NCBI GenBank assembly: GCA_030248215.1
Contig: JASANG010002509.1
Location: 310,001 to 374,000 of the forward strand
Length of the DNA: 64,000 nucleotides
Direction: 5' to 3'
Origin: Enoplolaimus lenunculus
Lineage: Eukaryota
Below are positions 38,476 through 49,100 of this stretch, one piece after another. Position 1 is the stretch's first letter; every line of letters starts with the position of its first letter. The position numbers were made by a program, and so were the translations under genes. The notes below the pieces were generated by a model. The model was not told the DNA's origin, made no database searches, and worked only from the letters and a program-made list of their open reading frames with translations.

Positions 38476-38920
38476 GCGGGGTTCACGTTACAACTGGGGC
38501 AGCGGGGAACACGTTTTGTCCTTATTAATAGCGGGTAACATAAATGTATTGAAAGAAAATTTTTCCAGAAACAGAAACGTAGAAGCTAATCCAGCGTTCA
38601 AAATCATTTAATCCAATCGGAATCTAACTTTTAACCATTTCGTAGAGTAAAAATTTCGTTGTCCTACGTAAGATCGCCATATTTAATGGAATTTTGGAAT
38701 ATCATGTGATATTCGCATAAAATGTCCCGTGATATGACAATGCCTATTTGTATACAGTGATCGCTCGACATCAGTGATTTACAAGTCAATATCATGTGAG
38801 ACATTGTCATTTTGTCGTGTTACCCCCTATTTATAGATAGCAAAATTTCATGTTGACGTCGAATTAACATGGGACAAAACGTGTTCCGAGCTAAACCCAA
38901 TTATAACGTGCACCCGCATA
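38476..38920. mobile_element. TIR element (ATGCGGGGTTCACGTTA.AA.TGGG); related copy at about 40129-40690
   Basis: Inverted ends; shared ATATCATGTGA motifs and AGAAGCTAAT interior. Confidence 0.62.
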
Positions 38921-39983
38921 AGTTACTTGGTTTAACGCTAATTGTCTGGGAATTCCGGAAATTCTTCCCTGATAATTGTGACAAGTAAAACGAAACGCAC
39001 TAAACAGATAATTACCGGAATTTCCGGCAAAAATTCTACCGGAGCCGGAGGCCGATTTTCAGCCGGAGCCCAAGACAGAACTCCGGCTGTACCCTGACAA
39101 ACAGGTATGACTTGAACGGCACAAAAATGTGGCTCGACATCGATTCCATCAAAAAAGAACTATGTGTAAACGGAACCTTGCGGAACATTGGACGTCGCGT
39201 TTACTAAAATCCACGCTTGCCAATTTATTTTACAATAGTCAGTTAAAAACACAAGCACATTGTCTAACATTCATGTCGACAAGTCGCCACCAAATAGCGA
39301 ATACTATGACTCCAATGCATTAGCTCAATATGCATTAATCGAATCCAGAGTGCAACCGAATGACAAAACACCGAAGTTGGAGGTTAACAAACGCTGCGGA
39401 ATATGGAGGCGAGGTAAAATTACGTAATATAAATGGTGCTGTTGCCAAAAACTTCGTTGCAACCACACCCGGATGTTCTCTGGTAGAAACAACAAACAAG
39501 ATACAAATAAATAACGTTCTGAATTATATTTACGCTTGCTAAATTAGCAGTCTTAATGCGCATATGCCTAACAAATTGTCGAAAGGCTTGGCGGCACATT
39601 GTTCAAGTTAATCAGGGAGAAAAATGATGATTTTCAATGCTGCTGTTTTAAAATTTTCATTTCCCGCAAAGATTTTTCACTTTTCGCGTCAGTCAAAAAA
39701 TGCGAAAGCCAATGATATACCTATAGTTTATACAATAATTTGGACGGGCGATATTCAGTTAGTTTCACATCAATGCCACAATGTAACCGCAGTATTTAAC
39801 AAATTATTGCAACAAAATCACAAGGGGGCCTGCTTATCCATATAACAGTCAGTAGTTACCAACAAAACCATGGCAATGAACAAGCTACTGCATTTTCAGT
39901 GAAATTAAGTCAGCAATAAAACAACCAACAATTGGTGTACACTATGTAGCAATGGATACAGCTAATGACAAAAAGACGTTAAA

Positions 39984-39989
39984 TTTATT
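39984..39989 (-). promoter_or_regulatory. Candidate polyadenylation signal for PRC1
   Basis: AATAAA on - strand about 30 nt after the predicted stop; AT-rich context makes a chance match plausible. Confidence 0.3.
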
Positions 39990-40017
39990 GCCCAAGAGCT
40001 ACTACATATTGATATCA

Positions 40018-40107
40018 TTAAAATCGCGCGTTTTCTTTCACAGCACTTTTCTGACGTTCGCCAATAAAGCTGCTTTTCATTAGCGCGTCTTTGCCATGGA
40101 CATCATT
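40018..40107 (-). CDS. PRC1: PRC1 terminal coding exon
   Basis: ttccAG acceptor; NDVHGKDALMKSSFIGERQKSAVKENARF*. Confidence 0.72.
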   Translation of the reverse strand, partial: NDVHGKDALMKSSFIGERQKSAVKENARF

Positions 40108-43100
40108 CTGGAAATTCGTATAAGTATAATGCTGGGATCACGTTATAACTGGGGCAACCTGGATCACGTTTCGCCCCTATTACAATAACGGGTAACATGT
40201 TGTCTGCATGACAATCCGCTATAAAAAATTTGAATTGTCTGCTATCCTCATGTGACATTCAGTGTTTGTACTGCAATATCATATTATGATATTCGAAATA
40301 TTGTCCGTCAATATCATATGACAATGACATGCTTGGAAATGTCTGAAAAGTTGTGGTAAACTAGCCTGCATGTCCTGAAGCTTGAAATATTTGCACTTAG
40401 GAGCATTAAGGCAAAATTACCGCCAGAACAGAATAAAAATAGAAGCTAATTCAATATTCGAATGCATTTAATGCTATATTATCTGACTTTTCATTATATT
40501 ATTAGTGCGCACAAATTATATTGCCCTGCATCATATCCTGTGATATTCGGTAGAATTTCGGAATATCATATTATTATTATATGCGCATAAATATCCCGCG
40601 GTATCATGTGACATATGGCTGTTTGTGAATATACGATGATTACTGGGTATCACTGATTTGCGTGCAAATGTTATGTGACATTCATGTTTAGTCTTCATAA
40701 CTGCTATTCAGATAACAACAGAGGTCATTCGTGACTGTCTCTCATTAATGTTTAAAACAGAAGTTGATTTGTCCAACTATGATATTCTGTCTAAAGGACA
40801 AAACGTATAAATATTAAATTTCAATTCAAGTACTACAATATTGCAATACAGCTTGCTTTGTAACATTTATGCGAAGTGATTTTTTAAGACAACAACAATA
40901 ACACATAGACACGTACCACAAATTCCGCGTAGGTTGGCTGAACAGATGCAATCGATCCATGTGGAGAAGAGAGTGGTTGGACGCAAATCGGAGGCACCTG
41001 TGCTATATCTTGAAACGCCAAGCGTTTTACGGCAACCATTTTCGCGGGCTAAAAATAACACTAAATTTTTTCCGCGAAACCTCAAATGAAGATTATGTAG
41101 GCTTATAAACACATATTTAACAAAGATGGATACTTGCAGTGGACAAGAACTAGCAAATGCAAGTTATGAATTAAGTATACGACGACGATGCTTGAAAACT
41201 TAAACCGAAAGGTCACTACTTAATTCGTCTTACCGACAACTGGTTGTTGACATGTCTTTTGTTTCCGGGTCCACAACTTTGTGTTCCCGGCGGTGGCTTC
41301 GAATTTGACGGTGGTGGATGTAAGAGTGGACGATCAGTGGGAAGACGTGGCGAGTTAGCAACCGAAGATGCAGCAACAGAAGTAACAGCAGCGCTTACTG
41401 CTAGACTGGAATGGATGTACCGTGTGGATTGCAACCGCGAACGGCTAGCGTTCTTCTAGAAAAAAAACGAAATCCAATTCCTGTGCTAAGATGTTTTGGC
41501 ATCCGGTCCCAACCTGATCATTTCCTATACGACATAATAAAAACTTCCAATTTAATATCATGCAAAACGATAACAGAAATTATAAAAATATCTCTAGGTC
41601 AAATGTCAAACAATCAACACAAAGATATACCTTCAACAGTGGCGTCTTTACAGGAGTTCGCCCACGCATTTTGGGAGATGCTGGGACTGAGCCATAAATT
41701 TGTTCAATTTCAGCCTGTTCTTTTTTCTTTCGCAACTAAAATATTCCTTATCATTATTTTATGTAAATTGCAGTCCAGTTCAAAATAATACATTATGCGC
41801 AATCACAATCAAGAGTGGGTCGATACACAATCCCAGACTTGCAGCAAAATTGAATATTCCGAACAAAATAGTACATGTAATGTAGGGGTGTGTCGATTAA
41901 TCGGCATAAATATATGTAATAATCTTCACTTTTCGTGAGCATCGGCACCGCAAAAAATTGCCACTCTGCCGACATTTTTTGCACCTAGCAGCGAGTTGGA
42001 ATGCTATGAATTTCACATGTTAGCGTATATCGGTGCGTCTGATTACGGAAACTGTTCTCTTGTGTTTGTGGTTGAAAAAACATTGTGAAATGAACTGTTC
42101 TCCTATTATAATCGTTATGGTTTAGCTCTTCGTATTATAATGAAGTAATGTATCCTTTTCGTTCTTTAAGCATCGTGTATTAAAACTGGAGTCGGCATCG
42201 GCATATTTTCAAAACAAAAATCGACAGTGGCAAAAATTTTGTTATCGACACATTCGTAAAGGAATGTTTATGAACTTAGAAATGCGGAAATGAAAACGCT
42301 AGAATGAGTGCAATCATAAACACAAGTAGTGTTCTATGACATACGTGCTATGCGTTACTTTCCAAAAAAACTACAATTGATCACCAATATCTCATCGAAT
42401 AAAACTTGCAGTCGACGTTAAGATACAAAATAAAGAAGTATTTTTGTTAAAATCAGTTTCAAAACCGTTTTCATTATGAGTTGAGTTTAAATGTTTGACA
42501 AAAACGTCGAAACTTAATCTTATTTCTACGTCACTAAGCACATCCAATAATGTTACTTTTTCTTCTCGTTCCTGCTTTTTCAACGTTTCCCATTGTTCTT
42601 TTTGCCAATGAATGTAATCACAGACGTACATGTCGTACACACGTACGGATTCGCCATTGTGCTCTGCACGATAACGCTCCACTAGTTCGTCCAACTTGCT
42701 TTCACACTAAACACCCTTTTTCCGACACATAAAAATAGTCGAGAAACACATACTGTTTGTGATTTTGTACAAATAATTTTGAACAAAACGCGTACATGAA
42801 CCGATTTTGCAATTATTGTAAATTTTTCTATGCCTTACATAATGCTGCAAAATCAATATGTCTTAAATTACGGTAAATTTAAAAGTATCGTCCAGGGTGC
42901 AAAGCGGAACTGAATTAAACAGAATCAGAATAGCAAGTTTATACCGGAATCGGAAGCTAAAAATTTTGTGACTATGCGCATAATTTGTATTGACAAATAT
43001 AATAATATTGATTTAGGGTGTCTGTTGGCTGGCAACAATTTTCAAAAACGCGCATGTGGCGGTCATTTTTATTCTTAAAGCTAAGCTACAATCAATTGAT

Positions 43101-46100
43101 CGAAAACAATTTAATAGATAAAGAATACACAATTTTTATGCAACAATATCACAAAATGTAGACCTAAAAGTCAAAATTCCTACGATTGATTGTGCAATCG
43201 GAATTCTAAAAGGAATCCGAATTAATTTCAATTGCAACTTTGCATCGTTATCAATGTTGTGCAAAAACACTAATATACTACTTTACCGAAACCTAAAACG
43301 ACACTTGAATGCTCGTACCAAGTAATGCACTCACCCGGTTCAGATTGCGAATGTTAGTTCGTTTCGCTCTCTCTTCTTCAAGTAATGTACCACCTCGATT
43401 ATTGTAACGATCTGGCACTGAACTGGATGATTTACGCTAAAAAACTTAGGTACACTAAACCTACAATAAAGACTTTGGTTGAAAGTTTCTACTGCTGAAC
43501 ACTAATTTTTCAAAACATTTGCTTAGACAGAAACGGTCATTAATCACTTATCTTGTACACGCTCGCAAAATAAAATATCACTACAAGGGTGCAACCGAAA
43601 TTACAATTTACTAGAACCTTAATTCAAAAACATTATGGAAACGGAACGGAAAATGAATAATACATGCCACCGAAAATTCATTTTAATTTTCTTTTTTGCA
43701 ATACTATTGGTAAAATAACCCTTAGTTGGAGATCGGTATTCACTTTATCTGCTGTATTTTGGATTTTCATAATCCACGGAAGCGAGATCTACCTTCGGTG
43801 TTTATTTTCGGCGATTGTGAAAGTTTACATACTATACTAATAAAATGTATTTAATTTTATCGTCATTTTTAGGAAAATATTTTAATTTCCAATGACCAAA
43901 TTTTAATTTTCTTATTCCGATAGCACCCTGCGCCCAAAGTACATGATGTATCGAATTCAGCAAAATGCTAACATACCTCGAATTCTTTAAAAACATCAAA
44001 ATGCGCTTTCCATTGATTAACACACGATAGAATTTCACGACGCGATTCAAACTCATTTTCCAGTTGAGTAACTTCTGTTTCGTTTTGCCGCAGCAATTCT
44101 GGTGTGAAGTTTTCTGCAAATTAAGTGTAGTGTGAAAAATGGCATACATCCGTGCACTGTTATAGCCAGAAAAAAAGTTTCTTGTTAGGTCACGACATAC
44201 TATATATTTTCGTATTTTCAAACATGATCATAGAAGCGAGAAATTTTCAGAAAGGGGACCCTTACCTTTTTAACATATTAGAAAAAATTTCGGGGGAAGT
44301 AATGCCACCTATTCCACCGTCTACTATGACGTATGTAAACGACGCGTACGACAGGTTTAATATTTCAAGATTTCGATTGAATGAAAAAACTAAGGATCAT
44401 ATCAGGTAACCGTAACTACGCTTGGCGTCTGGAAACTGCTAGTGGATTCTGGTTTTATCACTGGTGAGGAAAACAAGCAATATATTAACCTTGTGAGATT
44501 AACGGGAAACGTTCGCGCTCCGAAAGTGGTACACAACATAGCTCCCATAATTCTTGCAGACGCATGGATATTTGGACGATTTTTTCTTGCATTTCAAACA
44601 TAAACAATTGAAATCGCTCTTCTAGCTAAAAATTAAATTTTACAACCAATAATTCTATAATAATGTATATGATTTGGTCTTAAACAGGATGCAACCAGAA
44701 TTTAGGTTCCGACAAGAAAATCAGACATTTTCTTTACTGAAATATTTTTAACTTGAAAATTATCGAAAAAGCGGGACATATCCTAAGTTATTTTCCGTAT
44801 TGCCATATTTACGATTGGTGCCACACACCATATTAGGTTCGTGTCGATTATTTGGCATTGGTGATAATCGGAACTTTTCGTGACTATCGGCATCGGCACA
44901 GCAAAACATTGCCGATTCTTTGCCGATACTTTCTGCACATAACAGTCAGCGGGAATGCTATCAATTTCGTTTCTGGGCGGGGTGCAAAGCGGAACTGAAT
45001 TATATATACCGGAATCGGGATCGGAATCGGAACAGCAAATTTATACGGGAATTGTTATCGGAATTGGAACTAAAAATTTTGTGACTGTACGAATAAATTA
45101 TATTGATAAATATGTTGATTCAGGGTGTGTGTTGGCTGACAACAATTTTCAAAAAGGTTGCCCGAACAAGTTGGCGATAATTTTTGGTTCTATAAAAGCT
45201 AATCAACAATCAATTATTGATAAGTTAACTAGTAATCGAATGCAATTTATAGATAAATAATACAGAATTTTTATGCAACGTATCACAACAACTAAGATTG
45301 AAATTGATTGAATCAGAATTCCCGTTGCACCCTGATGTCGGGCCATTAAAACTGTGATCTCTTGCGTTTGTGTTTGAAAAATTAATTGATATGAACCGTT
45401 TCAAAATTCCGATTCGGATCGATCGTGCAATTAGAATCGGAACTCGGTTTGAATCGGAATACTAATCGGAATTCGGCTGCCACTTCTTTTACAGTTTATG
45501 TGTTCATCAGGGTGCGACGGGATATCAGGTGCCGATGTAATATCTAGCAAAAACTGAAGTCCGTAACCGGTTCCGGTATAAACCTACCGGATACCAGATA
45601 TTTACGGTTGCGGTACGGAATAACACAAAACTGCTTTTACAAGTAAGCATCTTTAACATCTTTGTGCGATTACATTTCTGAGCAAGTCAAGAAGTACAAG
45701 TTTTGATACGTTTTCAGGCAATTTAACTTATATATGTAAGTAGGCAATTTAACTTATATATGTAAGTGAGCGAGAGTTAAACTCATTTTTACCGCTAATT
45801 TTTGCCGAATCTGAACCTGAACCTTCGTTACCACCCTAGCACCCTAGCTACAACAAAAATAATTAACATAATATGCGACTGACTTCGTTATCGTATGTAC
45901 GCAATTGTTCCATTAATTCAATTGTAAGCGGCACGTTTTCATAGTCGGAACGCAGCAGCACTGTCTCAAAACTGTCCTCAGTCTTATCTATTCCCATCTG
46001 TCGTAGACGACCAACAGCTTTGTTGCGAACTGCTGTAAATTCTTTTTCGCGACTGGTCTATAATAAGTGGATGGATGTAATACGTGTAATATGTTCTCTG

Positions 46101-49100
46101 TGATGTCTATTGTCCACACGCCATTTTGTTCATTCTGACGCAGACCAAATCAACATTTTGTGCCTCCTATACCTACATTGCTAGGATTTCTTTAGGCTAC
46201 TAGCGAGAAGGGTGACGAGAACCCTACCAAAGAGAACGCTGTGGGGAAGCGAAATTGGGTAAGAGAAGTAAGTTTAACTATACGTATAGACGCAATAATT
46301 CATGTGTGCACGACGTCAAAGCTGGTCTGAATTATACTTCATCCATCCACAAATTGTTAACACTGCGTATTAATGTTTGGATTTGACAAAAAAGGAGGGT
46401 AAAGCAAACTGGGACAAGAAAAGCGGAGTGAAGTGATGGGGATTAGGAAGTGTGTGGGATTCTTTCACCAAATAGAACACCAGTAATACCGAGCAAGCCG
46501 AAAATTGACCTTGCATAACGTCGCATTTAAACTATATACATACAATTTTCAATTCAATGCAAGTTTCAAAGTCAGAACATAGCTGAAATTATAGTACGTA
46601 TATAAGCAATTGTTTCATATCTGTTTTGAATTTTGCATACATGAGCGCGCAAACTGAAATTTATATTGCTTCGTATTTTGGACGTTCTCCAACCGCGCAA
46701 AATGAAAACTAACAAACACATACCAGAACAGCTTTCTTTGAGGCCACATCGTTAGTTAACCGATCAATTTCAGAAAGAGTAGGTACAAACGCGTCATAAG
46801 TCTGCTCCGAGTCTCGTGCTTGCATATACCGCTCGTAAAACTCCGACGGACCAGAACCCAAGCGATCCAGCACGGTGCTACACAATACAATATAATATGA
46901 TCGTTTTCAAACGCCGCAGAAGTCTTACATTATACAACACTATAAATCTTTTGTACCTTTCAGCACTGTTGCCAAAATATTGTATATACTATCAGTCCAC
47001 ATGCCTTGTGGTGGAAAACATTGAAAATCTGCTTTCCGTTTACATACGATTCGGCACTATTTTTACTATTCTTACTATTCTAGTCTGAACAAGTTTTGTT
47101 GCAGAATATTAGTTGCCGCGTGCTGGCTTCTCCACAGCTTGAAAATTTTCGCCGGGGGGCGTTTCCTGGGGGCCCCCAGGAGTTTCCTGGGGGGGGGGCA
47201 GCTAATTTTGCTGGACGGCAGTTTTCCTGGGGCCCCCAGATGATCTGGGCGGGGTCCTGGGGGGCAGGCTCAAAATTTTGCAAGCCGACTTTTTGAACCA
47301 TTTTTTATTCTAGATCGTGTTTCCAACTCAACTGAACATTACTCATCGCTCAACATGACATAAATTCCCCGCAAACGCTAATAACAATAATTTTAACTAA
47401 TATTACTGACAACTTTACCAGAAGTTGAAAAAAGGACAATTATATAAAATATAGATAATCTATAATTGAAACTGTGATTAACATATATTTTATATATTAG
47501 TCACAGCTTCAGCTTATCATAAGGCTCAGGCGGGTTGAACTTGTTGTTGCAAGGTACTTTCGAATGCTGTATGCCCTGAAACGGTCTTTATATAATTGTG
47601 CTATTTTCAGTTCATTATTGAATTGTACTAGTTACTACCGGTATTTGTAACGCTATTAAAAAATTATGAGTACTCAGCGTAATATAAAATCACATTTTGC
47701 CGAATGTCCGCCTCAAAAAAAGTCCAGGTCTTTATGTTTTAACATTGAAAATTTTTGGCTTAGACAAGTCCTGGGGCCCCCAGCAAAAAAATTTGCTGGG
47801 GGGCATTTTGCTGGGGGGCGGCCGAAAATTCGCCGGGGGGCCTTTCCTGGGGGCGGCAAAATTTTCGCCAGGGGGAATGAGAATTTCTAAAAGTGCTGCC
47901 CCCCCCGCTGTGGAGAAGCCAGGCGTGGCGACATTGTACTTATGATAACCAGGATGACTTCCCAGTTTAAAAACAACTGTCTAATGCACAGGGATGGGCG
48001 GTCTCCCTTTCGGTCTCACTTTTTTCAATCTCTGTGGTTTACAAACCGAGAACAAAACGGTGGCTCATCCTTGCTAATGCATTCATTACCGGTGCTCTTT
48101 GGCACTGTTCCAGTAAAGTTTGCGTCGCCGTTGTTTTTCATCGCGCAACTTAGTTAAGTGCTCTGCGAAAAAAGCTTCCTGCTCAATTAATGTAGATAAT
48201 GAATCTGCCTGAAAATAAAACCCGCCAAATTTAAGTAACCTATTATACGAATTTGATAAGTACGTCATTTGAAAGCCAAGGAACAGTAGTAATATTTTAC
48301 AGAAACAAAACAAACAAACAACACTTTGAATTAAATTCTTTGCTGGTACATGAACACGAATTTGAAATATATAGTTTTTGAAGGTAGCGGAAATTGCGGT
48401 GGAACTGAAATGACATCTGAAAATATATACCTCTGGAACACAGTCGATTTGTAAGGAGGCACATAGTAACCGCATCTCATCTTTAGAAGCTGAGATGTTT
48501 GCCAAAATTCCATTCTTCATTTCAGACTCTTCAGCAATCTAGAAACATTGGTCAACCTTAAGAATATATTTTGTTTTAGTCTGCACAATAAGGAGGGCGC
48601 AGCTGGACGTGAAAATAGTAGACTGAAGACAACAAATTCTGAAAGAGCTGGAGTTCGAAGGTGAAGCAAACTTAACAATAAAATGATGCTGAATTTACTC
48701 ACTTTAACAAAATTCTGCTACGGGCAAAAATGTGCAGCTTTTTTGAGAAACATCAGCGATAGCATACAGCTTTCCGAATTGCCCCCAAGCAGGGTGCAAC
48801 CGGAATTACAATTTACCGGAACCGGAATTTGAAAATTTTACCGGAACCGGAACCGGAAAGTGAAAAATGCATTTCACCAAAAATTTCATTTTAATCTTAT
48901 TTTTTGCTCTATTATTTGTGAAATAACCTTAGTCGAACATAGGAATTTATTTTATTTGTTGTATTTTAGATTTTCGTCGTCAACTGAAGTGAAATCCACC
49001 ATCAATGGCTTATATTCGGAGTACAAGTGGCTTTCAAGAGATTCTTAAAATTAGCAAAGTTAAGAAAACGGCCAAATTTTAACACCGGAATTTTTAAATC

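Noticed and set aside
46058..46460. Telomerase RNA, RNase P/MRP, 7SK or a hammerhead/HDV ribozyme
   Set aside because: I found no telomeric template, no correctly ordered CR-I/CR-V pair, no GAUC motifs and no complete ribozyme core. It is kept only as an unassigned structured candidate.
46957..47084. Possible extra PRC1 exon
   Set aside because: It has stops or no PRC1 similarity, and exons 4 and 5 already join in phase.
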